From: Girardia tigrina | Taxonomy: Eukaryota | Assembly: GCA_001938485.1 (NCBI GenBank) | Contig: MQRK01253351.1 | Span: forward strand, 1-60,314 | DNA length: 60,314 bases | Direction: 5' to 3' | Shown here: piece by piece, positions 1-12,094 of the stretch | How the letters are laid out: each line of letters opens with the position of its first letter | How positions within the stretch are numbered: position 1 is the first letter of the stretch | The notes under the pieces: model-generated | What the model was told of the DNA's origin: nothing | Seen by the model: the letters and a program-made list of their open reading frames with translations, nothing else | The model's database searches: none | Made by a program: the position numbers and the translations under genes

Positions 1-271
1 CGCAATAAATTGACTTTCGTCAATGATTAGATTGAATATCAAAATGATATTTTTTTAAAAAATTTAAAGCGCTCAGTGTCAAGGTCAAAGTGTGTAGGTA
101 TGTTTTTTGTTCACGAATCTATTTCATTGTTCGATTTCATAGAAATTTGTATTTAAAAAGTCTGCTACAACGCTGATTATCTAAAAATAAAGCAGACAAT
201 GAAAGGTGCACAGTGACTTTCTGAACGCACTGTAGTAGGAAAAAATACTGTTAAATTTATTAATATTATTA

Positions 272-1621
272 GAAGATGACGAAGATCACGAATGCGAAAT
301 TTTAAGATCAGAAGTAGAGGCTGCCATAAAAGGTTTGAAAATGAACAAAAACCCAGGAACGGACAACATCAGCACGGAACTAACTCAGAATGGAGGCGAA
401 AATACAGTGACCATTCTCCATGCAATATGCAACAAAAATTCCTAAAGCGACGAAAGCAAAAATTAAAAAGTACAGCGACTTTAGAGCAATTAGTTTGATC
501 AGTCACGCATCAAAGGTTATGTTGGAAGTGTTACAAAAAAGAATTACAGCGAAAGTGGAGCAAGTTCTCAGCGAGATGCAGACAGGCTTCAGAAGGGACC
601 GCAGCACTACGGAGCAGATAACCAACCTAAGACTGATTCGTGAGATACCCAGAGACCACAAAAGAATAATTTGCCATAAATTTATAGATTTCAAAAAAGC
701 TTTTGACAGAGTGTGGCGCGAAGCACTATGGCACACTGTGAATAAACACGACATAGGAAAACATATCACGAATATTATTAAGAGCCTTTACGAAGACGCA
801 AAGACAAAAGTGTTGACAAGTGAGCGATTTAGCGACTGGTTTAAATCATCAATAGCAGTAAGACAAGGTTGCATTCTTTCACCAACACTGTTCAACCTTT
901 TCCTTGAGAGAAATATTATGGAAGCAAAAGATGATCTAGACGATGTTGGAATGAGCTGCGGAGACACAAGAATAACCAACCTACGATTTGCTGATGACAG
1001 ATCTAATATGTAAACATGAGGCAGAGATTCAGGAACTTACGAATAGATTACACGAAGCGCCAAACAAATTCGGAATGGAAATCAAGAGACAATAAAGCAA
1101 AATAATGGTTTCAAGAAACCATAACAACGAGGTTAAACTGGAGATCGACAGTGAAGCACAGTTTTAATCTCAAAGAAATCCATCTCAAGAGCAGAATAAA
1201 GATCACTAAGGCTATTGTGTGGGCAACACTCTCTATGGATGCGAGAGTTGGACAATAAGTCAGAAGAGCATGGATAAGACTGAAAGCTGAAGATCACGTG
1301 GAAAGAAAAGAAGACAAGCGACTTTGTGTGGAGGAGAGTGACAGAAGTACTGGGTGAAAGACCGAATCAATAGAAGAGATAATCAAGAGAAGGAAGCTGA
1401 AATTCTACGGTCATCAAATAAGAAAACAAGCACTAGCAAAGGTTACGATTGAGGGAAGAGTGGAAGGAGAAAGACCGAGAGGAAGACAAGAGGCAATGGA
1501 CAGACGATTTAAAAGAATGGAGTGGATTGTCTGAGAAAAGAGGTTACGATTAGAGAGATGTGGCGAAGCCTTGTGCATAATTGTGTACCCAACGGTTAAA
1601 GTCGTAAAGAAGGAAAGAAGA
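272..1621 (+). mobile_element. 5'-truncated, decayed RTE-clade non-LTR retrotransposon (RT and C-terminal region)
   Basis: ORF 420-1013 has RT motifs FRAISLISHASKV, QTGFR, FIDFKKAFD, VRQGCILSP, LRFADD. Frameshifted continuation includes YGCESWT and LKFYGH...EGRVEGERPRGR. Ends in GAA-rich tail. Flanked by 10-bp direct repeat AATATTATTA (262-271, 1622-1631), a likely TSD. Confidence 0.9.
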
Positions 1622-1631
1622 AATATTATTA

Positions 1632-1800
1632 ATACTTTTTTATCTTGACTTTTTGCGTAATATAAACTACTTATAATTTATAAGTAGATCTTTTTCAATT
1701 AATATTGTTCATGAACTCCGATGGGACCGTTTCTTCCCAATTCAGAGAACTTAAGACGTTTTTCGATCCAATGTTCACTCAATCATTTATTGTCATCGAG
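1632..1800. repeat. Dispersed repeat with a diverged second copy at ~34005-34175
   Basis: Both loci share, in the same orientation, TGCGTAATATAAACT(A/G)CTTATAATTTA..AGTAGATCTTTT ... ATCATTTATTGTCATCGA. Confidence 0.7.
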
Positions 1801-1959
1801 AGTGAGCGAGTGAGCGAAGATGGGAGAATATTGATTGAGTAAAAGGCCTTCAAAAACAGGTTGCTAAATTCCATGAATACACGTGTATATTTGGGGCAGC
1901 ACAATTAATTTTTATTATTAATTTTTGGTTTTTTATTTTCAATTAGTTCCAACGCGAAA

Positions 1960-4690
1960 TTAATTCCGAATCCCTTTTTAAAAAAAAGAAATAAAAGTGA
2001 AATAAAATCAAAAAATTATAAATCAAAATAAAAGAAAAAAATCGATAAATAATAAAATTAATAAAATTTAAAAAATCAAAAATAATAAAAATTTAATCAA
2101 AATTAATAAAAAATTATAAAGATTAAAATTTAAATAAGAAAATTAATAGAAAAAACGAATTATTTGCAAAAAATAAAAACTAAAGATTACAAAACAAATT
2201 CAAATAATTATAAAAATATTATTGATAAAATTTAAAATAATATGGTGCAAAAATATTTTTAAAAAATATATATTAGGAAAAAAAATAAATAATAAAATAA
2301 TCAAAACTTCAAAAATAAATCAATAAAATGATAAATAAAATTCATAAATTATTAAATAATTTTTTAAATAATTATTACAAAAAAAATTAACAAAATAAAA
2401 TAAAAACCAATAATCTAAAAATAATTTAAAAAGAGAAAATAATTTGAAATTTATTCAGACATTCAAAAATTATTAAAATTCTAAAATGTTTAAAAAATAA
2501 TTAACAAAATAAACTTAATAATAATTAAAAATAAATTTCAAAATGTAAACTCAAAAAAATATAACGAATATAATTATTATAAAATGAATAATAAAAAATA
2601 TAAAAATTTAAAATAAATATTTAAAAATTCAAAAAAAATTAAATGATAAATAAAAAAAATTTAAAAATGACAAAAAAATATTTTAAATGAAAAATAATAA
2701 TCAAAAAAATAATAAAAAATCAAAATAAATAAAAAATAGAAAATTAACAAAAATAAAATAGAAAATTATTTAAAATTAAAAAAATGTATAATTAATAAAA
2801 AAAATTTAATATTAAAAATTAAATTAGAAAATTAATAAAAAAACAGATTTATTTACAAATTTCTTTTTATTTTCATAATAAAAATAATTAACTTTTAATT
2901 TATATTAATATATATTTATTCGTTAATTTATTTTTAATAACTGAAAAAAAATTCGTGAAATATAATCAAAATAATATAAGTCAAAATAAAAGAAAAAATC
3001 GATAAATAATAAATTAGAATTAAAAAAAAATTAAAAAAATCAAAATACATAAAAAATATAAAATTTACAAAAATAAAATAATTATTTAATGTTAAAATAT
3101 TCAAAATTAATAAAAAAAACAAATTTATTTTTAGTTTTATTATTCAAATAAATTATCTTTTAATTTATATTATTATATATTTATTCGTTAATTTATTATT
3201 AAAAATTGAAAAAAAATCGTGATATAAAATTAAAATATTATAAGTGAAATTCGTATAATTATAAAAATATTATTGATAAAATTTAAAATAATATAATGCA
3301 AAAATATTTTTAAAAAAAAATATATTAGGAAAAAAATAAATAATAAAATATTTAAAACTTAAAAAACTAAATAAATAAAATGATAAAAAATAATTCAAAA
3401 ATTATTAAATTACGTGCTTAAAATAAAAAATTATTTAAAATAAAGTAAAAACCAAAATCTAAAAATAATTTTAAAAAAAAGAATTAAAAATTTATTCCGA
3501 AATTCATAAATTATTAAAATGTATAAAAAAATAATTAACAAAATAAATACAATAATAATTAAAAAATATTAAAAATTAAATAAGAAAATTAATAAAAAAA
3601 ACAAATTTATTTTTAGTTTTATTATTCAAATAAATTATCTTTTAATTTATATTATTATATATTTATTCGTTAATTTATTATTAAAAATTGAAAAAAAATT
3701 GTGATATAAAATCAAAATATTATAAGTGAAATTCGAATAATTATAAAAATATTATTGATAAAATTTAAAATAATATAATGCAAAATATTTTTTTAAAAAT
3801 ATATATTAGAAAAAAATAAATAATAAAATATTCAAAACTTAAAAAATAAATAAATAAAATAATAAAAAATAATTCAAAAATTATTAAATAACATGCTTAA
3901 AATAAAAAATTATTTAAAAAAATAAAGTAAAAACAAAAAATCTAAAATAATTAAAAAAGAGAAAAATTCATAAATCATTAAAATTCTAAAATGTTTAAAA
4001 AATAATTAACAAAATAAATACAATAATAATTCAAAAAAAATAAAAATATTACAAATATAATTATAATTAAATAAATAATAAAAAATGTTTAAAAAAATAT
4101 ACAAAATTAAAATAAATACTTAAAAGTTCATAAAAAAATTTTAAATGATAAAAACAAAAATATAAATGAAAAATGAAAAAAAATATTTAAAATGAAAATT
4201 AATAATAAAAAGATAATAAAAAATCAATAAAATGATAAAAAAAGAATTTTAAAATTATTAAAAATTACATATTTAAAATATTAAAAATAAATGAAAATAA
4301 TTAAAAATAAAATATTTTGAAAAAAAAGAATATTAAAAAATTAAAAAAAATATTTACAAAGAAAAAATTAAAATATTAAATCTCTAAAAAAAATATTTCT
4401 TGGAAATTAATATTTAAAATATTCATAAAAAAATATTAAAAATAAATTTAAAAACGAAAAAACAAATTAATTAAAAAAATAATATTTACAAAAATTTAAT
4501 TAACAAAAAAATTTACAAAATATCTAAAAAATCAAAAAATAATAATCAGTCAAAAAATTAATAAAATTCTGAATTTAATATCGATTTATCGAGAGAGAGG
4601 GAAGTAAAAAAATAAAAAATATATTTAAAAAATTTAGAAGTCAGAAAAAAATATTCAAAAAAGAGCAAAAAATATTAAAATAAAAATAGA
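1960..4690. repeat. Extremely A-rich low-complexity tract with a ~480-bp tandem duplication; probable first intron of the DnaJ gene
   Basis: Almost no G/C. The block beginning AAAAAAACAAATTTATTTTTAGTTTTATTATTC recurs at ~3112 and ~3595, with more diverged copies near 2000-2900. Confidence 0.8.
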
Positions 4691-4769
4691 AAGAGAGAAG
4701 AGGCGAGAGGCAAGTGATTGGGGCGGCACTCGAGCTAATTATCGTTAGACACCGGGGCGCGTCTGTCAC

Positions 4770-4988
4770 CTCGTAATAGGCAGACTTGATCTGCTTGCCG
4801 CTGGCGCCTCGGTCCACCCCCAGAATCTTGTAGTAGTCCTTCTTCAAGTAATTTGACGAATGGAAATGAGCCACTTGCGTCCTCGCCACTGCAAATCGTC
4901 TTCCGTCTCCCCAATCGCAACCAGAACTCGCCCCGATCGATCTGCGGCCTCTCTCGGCCAGTCTAAACACGCATCTCGCCACTGCCAT
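4770..4988 (-). CDS. DNAJA3: First coding exon of mitochondrial DnaJ/Hsp40 (DNAJA3/Tid1-like)
   Basis: Arg-rich presequence-like N-terminus, then FHSS..KKDYYKILGVDRGASGKQIKSAYYE (J-domain helices I-II). Followed by GAG|GTGAC donor where similarity stops, just before the expected LAKKYHPD. GC-rich island. No downstream exon was found in the window. Confidence 0.8.
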
Positions 4989-5325
4989 TCTCGCTGTTTG
5001 AATATCGCGCTCGAGTGAGAGTATTAAAACAAACGATTTATTTCTCGAATGAACTTCGATTAACTCAATCGACGATTTATTTCCCGCGAATTTTCGAGGA
5101 GAAATTTCTCGTTTATTTCGTCAATTAATTTATTTAATTTAATTAAATAATTTGTGAAATTATTATTTTATATTTTGTGTGGTAATCTCCGTATAGATAA
5201 ATAATTATATTTGCACGACATTTATCAACGAAAATTGTGCACAATCCTGTGTGAAAATTACTTCATACGTATTTTAGATGATAAATATATAGATATATAG
5301 TTTATTGTATAATTAGTAATACATT

Positions 5326-5730
5326 TGTATAGAGGACTCACACTTTTGATAGAACATTTATTACAGTCACAACTTTGATCATCTCTCACTTAAACCTATC
5401 ACTCAATGTTTTTATACTCCTCATTCCAATCTGAACTGACTTGAAGAAAATTATTTTATTTACAGTATTAATTTAAATTTTATTGGCTAAAATAAAATTA
5501 CCTTTTATAATCATTTTTAAACATTAATTTGATTTTAATTACTATTAAAATATTTACAAAAATTAAAAATTTGATTATTTAATCCAAATTTAAAAAAATT
5601 AGTTTCGGATTATAGGAATTAAAATATCGATCATCCATCTGAATAGTAGAGGCACAATCCCAAATCAACACACAACATTCAAACACGCAAACACTACACA
5701 AAAACATCAACTCACGAAATATTCCTCACA
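5326..5730 (-). mobile_element. Solo LTR (Gypsy-type family starting TGTGAGGAATATT)
   Basis: TG...CA ends and a 5-bp TSD ACATT (5321-5325, 5731-5735). Homologous to the LTR at 34967-35428, which abuts a PPT and integrase. Confidence 0.85.
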
Positions 5731-6437
5731 ACATTCAATTGATTAGACGACCTTTATGAAAGCAATATATGCAACGTTATAGGAAAATTTTTACATTTGT
5801 ATTTTAAAATTTATTCATTGTAATATATATTTTATTGTATAATTAGTAATATAGTATATTGATGAATGGATAAATAATGACAAATATACACAGGCTTACA
5901 GAAACATATTTTCATTTGTAATTTAAATGATAAATTAAAATTCACTACATACAAATTATCATATGCAAATATCAGAAAAATAAATCGAACACCCCTAAAA
6001 TATTCATTAAATAAAAAATCCAATGCAAATATTAGGGGTACTATGCCATCAACCAAGAATAATACTTCATCAATTTGTGATATCGCACAAAAAAGTAAAG
6101 TAGAGTAAAAACAGGTTTCAGTGTACTAACGTGATCAAACTATTTTTAGACAGATTGTCTTTATCTTTTACACGTCATTATGGTTGGGGTTCCTTTTGGT
6201 GAACTTTAAATTTTTTATATTTTTAAAAATCATATTTGTATTTTAAATAAGTTAAAAATAATGTTCGATTAATTAAAGTGAAATATTTCTTTAAAATAAA
6301 AACCTTTTAAATTCTTAAAAAAAGAACAAGCTCATTCTTTAAATTTTTGGAAATAATTAATTGTTATAAATAATCTATAAAATAAAGTTTACAAAATTAT
6401 GACTTCCAATTTTAAACACGAACCTAATAATTATAAG

Positions 6438-6740
6438 TGTGAGGAATATTTTGAATAATTCATAATTTGTGTTTGATTGTGTATGTTGATTTGGAATTGT
6501 GTCTCTCCACCCAGATGGATGATTAATATTTTAATTCTTATTATCTGAAAATATATAATGTTTAAATTTATTTCTAATTTAAAATAATTGTAAAATTTTT
6601 AATTAGTTTATTAATTTAATTTACAATTTTTCAATACATAAATTGAATTAATATTTTTAAATAATTTATAGTGATTTTAAGTTTTTATCCAATAAAAATT
6701 TGAGTAAATATTTTTTTAAATATGGTATTTAATTTTATTC
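6438..6740 (+). mobile_element. Partial LTR of the same family
   Basis: Starts TGTGAGGAATATT and shares GTATGTTGATTTGG..TTGTGTCTCTCC..CCAGATGGAT with the other copies. The 3' end is not defined. Confidence 0.7.
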
Positions 6741-7599
6741 AATAAAAGTATTTTATAAAAACCCTTGTTTAAATTAACTCAAAGTTAAATAGAAATATTT
6801 ACTTTTATTACATTAAAAAATATAAACTATATATAAATAATAAGAATAAAACTCAATTAAAATATAAATAAATTAAGTAGAATAAATAGATTAATTATGA
6901 AAGAAAGGAAAACACTATATTTAAAAAGATAAATAAAGACAATTATATATTAGAGAAGGACTATAAAAGGAGAAAGAATTTAAAGAAAAGGGCACCCAAA
7001 AAGTTATGTTAATAATTTATATTATTAATTAAAGGAAAGTTCTAAATTATATTATTAAGCAGCTGTTTTCAGAAAAGACTAATAGCTGATTCTAAATCGA
7101 AATGGAAAAGATTGAAGTATAATTGAGTTGGAAAAGAAATACTGAAGTTGATTTGAATTGTAAAAGAAAGACTGAAAGTAGAAAATTTATCGATTTAAAA
7201 AAGCAGAAAACATCTGTCACCACATATAAAAAGAACTCTGAGAAAAGCGAAAGAAAGTTGTGATTACTAGAGCTAAAAGGTGCATATAATTATATATTTT
7301 ATATCATTATATATCTTTTTTTTAAAATAATCCGAGAAAGAGAATTCTCTTCTCGGTATTATCGCAAAATCTAAAATCTTAGCATAAGGCTTAAGTTATT
7401 TTTAAATACTTTGTAAAGTGTGTAAAGTGTGATTATTAAATAAACGTTGAAATATTAATAATCTTATTCTTTTATTTCTATTTTTGCTATAATCACCCAA
7501 TATCCCAACAATTTTAACAAATTATTTATTTCTCCATTTGCTCAGATTATAACATTAAAGTCATTAATTAAAAGCCCGATGCAATCTTACGAAAGCTTT

Positions 7600-7765
7600 A
7601 ACAAATATTGTCTTAAAAACAATCAAAATTGTTTTGTTAATAAAAATATGAAAAGTAAAATTGGTGTTCCTAATATGGCGACCACACCAGGACCACGTGA
7701 CTCTGAAAATGAAAGGTGCAGAAACATTCAACGGATCTGAGACAAAAGTAGAAGTGTTGGCGTAT
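7600..7765 (+). mobile_element. LTR retrotransposon 5' remnant: LTR end, primer-binding site and gag start
   Basis: AATAAA, then TGGCGACCACACCAGGAC at 7676-7693 (complementary to a tRNA 3' end with CCA, tRNA-Arg-like), then short ORF start MKGAETFNGSETKVEV. Confidence 0.5.
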
Positions 7766-8559
7766 CTATGTGATTTATAAATTAACACAAAAATCAAAAG
7801 ATTAGGAAATTCTTTAAAATAGTATTTATTAATAATCAATATATTTACAGTTGATTTTAACAAAGCTTATCCTTATATTTCCTTATATCCTTATTATATC
7901 CTTAAATTGTATAGATTGGAAAATGAGATTTCACTTGTCCAAAAATGATTTTAACTATATAAAAATATGTTATTAAAAATATATACATATATATTGACTT
8001 TCAAAATATTAGAGTTGATCTCTTCTCTTTTTGTAAATTAGACTCTCCCTTTTATATGACGAGACGGCTGTTATTGACGTGGCAATTATTCCAGCTGATG
8101 TTTTCTTTCTGAATGCATTGACTGTTGATTTCACGTAAAAAAAATCCATGTAGGGAAAAATAAGGATTATAATTAGGATTTGTACTTTTCTGACTTTTCT
8201 TTTGACCTCATTTAACCTTTTTTAATTAATAAATAATAATTATCTTTTTTATAAATAATAGAAATCATTCTTTTTATATGTTGTGTACCACAACAATTAT
8301 GTTTATCATAAAAATAATATTTGTACAAAATTTTAATATTTAATTGTAAAAAACAATTTTTTTGATGAAAAAGTTATTTATAAAGATTTGTGAAAATTTT
8401 GTTTTAATAAATTGTACAAATACATAAATAAATATTTTTCGAAAATTCAATTTCTATTTTCTCCAGCCATGATTGATTTGATTGATCGAATGAATGTGTT
8501 TTTCGCTACCTTTGCAACCGTTTGCTTAACCATGACATTCGCGACAATCTTTTACTCAT

Positions 8560-10710
8560 TTTTGATATCGTGTCGATGTCAGGCCAACTTCAGTAGTGAT
8601 CAATTGGTATTCGCCGCAATAGCGAATTTAACGAGCGTGAGTATATTGTGTAGTCTGTTTTTTTATAATTGTGACATTGCCGATCGATTTAATTCGTTTG
8701 CGGAAGCTTGACAACGAGCTGTCTTACAAACACCACGATGCTACAGCCCGACACCAACACTAAGTTCCACTTTCACTTTTTCTTCAAAAGCACTTACAAC
8801 TCACAGCACCCCACCTAGCCAGCACATCTTCGACCCAAACACTATACAGTGACATTATAAACAGACTTGACCGAGTAAACATCGAATAATGAATTTATTC
8901 ATAAAAATGAATATTCCAAATCGATAGTTGAAAAATTAACTCGGTAAACTGTCAATAAACTAACTAAATCGGAAAATGAAAAATCAAATACAATAAATAT
9001 CGACAAAAACAAAAATCAGATAAATAATAATTATAATAATATTGGTTTTGTTTTGACTGTTCCCTACTGTGCGGGTTTCAGGAAATTCAAAAACTCTATT
9101 TTGAAACATGATGAAAATAATTTATTAAATTTAAAAATTGTATCTAGATCATGTAAGATAGGAAGTTTGTTTAGTAGTAAATCTATCACTCCAACTGGGT
9201 TATGTTCAAAATTAGTTTACCAATATAAATGTAATGGGTGTGACGCCATATATATCATAGAGACTTGTCGTCATCTCTGTAAACGGATTCAGGAACATGA
9301 TTGCAGGGAATGTGATAGCAATATTGCTCAACAAAAGAAGAACTATTTGAATAGTAAAGTTTAATCTTGACAGACGATTCCTGGATAAACTCTTCCGCAT
9401 TACCTTTGAACTTGGTATTCCGACACCACCAACCTGGAAGGAGACCCTTGTGACATAGAGAACATCAGATCCCTTCACTTCTGATCGATTAAACTCAATT
9501 CGTGCCGAAATTAGCGATAGATGTCATCAATATTGCAGTAGGTACGGCATTGTGGTTAGTGTTCTGCTAGAGGAATTAAGGGACGAAATGCATGAGATAC
9601 TTAGACAAGAGGAGAAGTCTACGGCAAAGATCGAAATCATTACAACCCTCCACTAGCTGAACAATCTTAAATCACCCGCTAGATTGGAAAAAGCTGACCT
9701 AGATCTCAAAAACATATTAAAAGTATAATCAAATCACACGATCTACAAATGTCTAATTACTACATTGTGAAAAGTCTATTCTTATCTGGGAAAGAAACCT
9801 CTGAATGCACCAAAATTCAAAACTGTAGTAAATAGCAACACATTAAAGACAACATCGGATACTGTAGTAGTCAATTTTGCTACAATCAATAGCAAAATCA
9901 AAGTCACAGAAACCAACTGCACAAAACCTGAGAAATCGCAAACGAATTTTAATAAGACTAGTTCATCAGTCACTATTTCACCGATTAAAAACAAGAATAA
10001 TGATTGTAGTGACCACCAAATGTCAATATATATTAACTAAAAAATTAATTAACAGACTGTAAATAATAAAAAAAACAATTACTTTTGACAAATTTAAAAA
10101 GAAAATTTTCTTTAAAAGAAAATTTTTACATTTTACAATATTCTTGATTTCAAAACTTTTTAAAAACTAAAAAATTCTAAGAAAAATATATGTTTATGCA
10201 AAAGGAAAAGTGAACCGAAAACGACAGAACAAATTATGTTTAAAGAAAAAAAAATCGAACAAAAATTACATATACTTTGTTCTAATAAACAAAACAACAA
10301 AAAAGTAAAGAAGCAAAAGAAATATATTAGGGAACCACGCTGAAACTACATACAACTGTCGATCAACGTCAAAACTTGGAACAGCATGAGTGTGGATGTA
10401 CAAAAAAAATTTATGTGAATAAACATTGACAACTAATCGAATTAGTGTTATTTATTCTCGTCATATTCAATTATCGTTTATTAATGGTTTTTAGGACACG
10501 CGCGGGCGTGATATCACATGTTTATATCGCGTCCCCCCATTATTATCATTCTTTGAGTAATGCATTGACCGCATGGATTACCATATCGGACGGTGTCAAA
10601 CTCGGTAATCAAGAAGCGGATAGAATCTCGGATCAGCTCGCAAACGGGAACAACGTCCGGACGGTGGCTCTTCGTCGTCCGTGTCACGGTTCTCACGAGT
10701 GTGGTGGCCA
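8560..10710 (+). repeat. ~2.1-kb composite segment, copy 1 (copy 2 at ~55295-58040)
   Basis: Long colinear near-identity to 55295-58040 apart from indels. ORF 9053-9364 is nearly the same as ORF 56364-56675. Confidence 0.92.
8890..9364 (+). mobile_element. Penelope-like element fragment (GIY-YIG endonuclease)
   Basis: TVPY...LVYQYKCNGCDAIYI(I)ETCRHLCKRIQEH: the PLE-type GIY-YIG pattern with CxxC between the two triplets. Confidence 0.85.
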
Positions 10711-10799
10711 CCCTTCGAACGTTTGAGCACCACCAAAACATGGTAAATTTTATTTACCGACAACAGTTCCTTTTCCCCTAGCATTTCAGTACCCAGTCA

Positions 10800-11660
10800 C
10801 TCGGCGCGCCTCGATCGAAGCCTGGAGCTCATCCCGGGCACTTCAAACCATAATCTCAACAATGATATTGTGGACTTGGATGCTACACCAAACAATGCTA
10901 CTATTATTCTACCAACTGATAAATTAATCCTATTTGACGAAACTGTCATTGATGACAGCGAAGACGGGCCACTCTCGGAGGTTTTTCAGGGGCTCCCAGT
11001 TGAAAATAGGGCCGCATGTTTAGTCCCCGTGAATTACGACAATATGCAGTGGCTGGCAGTTTGATGTACTCCAAAGAATGTCTATATTTTCAACTCGATC
11101 AACAACCTGCCCTCAGAGAAACAGGTAACATCTCTTGTGGCACCACTCATCCGCTGAATCAACTTGTATGTAACTGACTTGAATTGTCATCTCTTTTCTG
11201 TTTCACTACCGCTAAAATTTCCAGAGTGTGAGTAACAACAGAACTCCTACGACTGTGGTACCTTTATCTGTGGCTTTATTGAGAATATTGTAAGGGGAGA
11301 ATGGAGCCTTTATTCAATATAGATATCGCAGGAATCCGCCGACGTAGCAAATTCTTGACCCCCCACGCCTGGGATGGCTGTCCACAGACAGTGGTAAGAG
11401 GAGGAGGTTTAATAGTTAAGCCTCCTAAGAGAGTCGACTACACCAAACTCATTAACGAGAAAAATATTGGCGACCAAACGGCTAGACGAAAGATCACTGC
11501 TAACTTGCTTCGTTTTGTGTATACCCAAATGAATAATCTGTTGGACATCCTTCCCCTTCAATCCGGTTGGATATCCCTGTCACCCCATATGGCCTTCCGA
11601 ATTGCTAAGAGTGATGAACCTTTATCAAGAAGAACATATCCTACAACACCTTTTTAAAAA
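10800..11660 (+). mobile_element. Decayed N-terminal fragment of a NeSL-like retrotransposon with a Ulp1/C48 cysteine-protease-like domain
   Basis: Reading through stops: LVPVNYDNMQWLAV*CTPKNVYIFNS ... QQNSYDCGTFICGFIE, matching the Ulp1 PxN..HW..DS..QxNxxDCG pattern. NeSL elements are known to carry this domain. Confidence 0.65.
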
Positions 11661-11679
11661 TTGATAAGGTTCTCTACTC

Positions 11680-12093
11680 GAAAAAATTAACGCAATACAA
11701 GAATTCAAGGCCCCAAAATGTGTAAAGAGATTGAGAAGTTTTTTGGGTTTGGTCAACTACTATAGGAGATTTGTTAAAGATTACGCGAATATTCAAGAGT
11801 TTTAGAAAGCTTATGTGAGAGTTCGAAAGATACATTAGTGTGGACTGTGCAATGTGAGGAAAGTTTTAAGAATTTAAAATCACAACTGATGTCTTCACCG
11901 GTATGAAGCTACCCAGACTTAACGAAAAGTTTCATTTTGGTTACAGACGCCAACTTCGACACAATAGGGGCTGCGCTCTCACAAGTTGATGAAAACGGTA
12001 GAGAAAGAGTTATAGTGTATGGATCAAAGGCCATGAGCAAACATGAGTTAGGATATTGCATCACTAGAAAAGAACTTTTAGTGATTTATTATT
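11680..12093 (+). mobile_element. Gypsy/Ty3 pol fragment (RT thumb to RNase H)
   Basis: LRSFLGLVNYYRRFVKDYA ... ESFKNLKSQLMSSPV*SYPD..KSFILVTDA...IGAALSQ...ERVIVYGSK..YCITRKELL. Confidence 0.88.
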
Positions 12094-12094
12094 T

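Noticed and set aside
2934-3122. Hydrophobic F/I/L-rich short ORFs in AT-rich tracts (also 30922-31146, 51428-51691)
   Set aside because: Compositional artefacts of low-complexity sequence.
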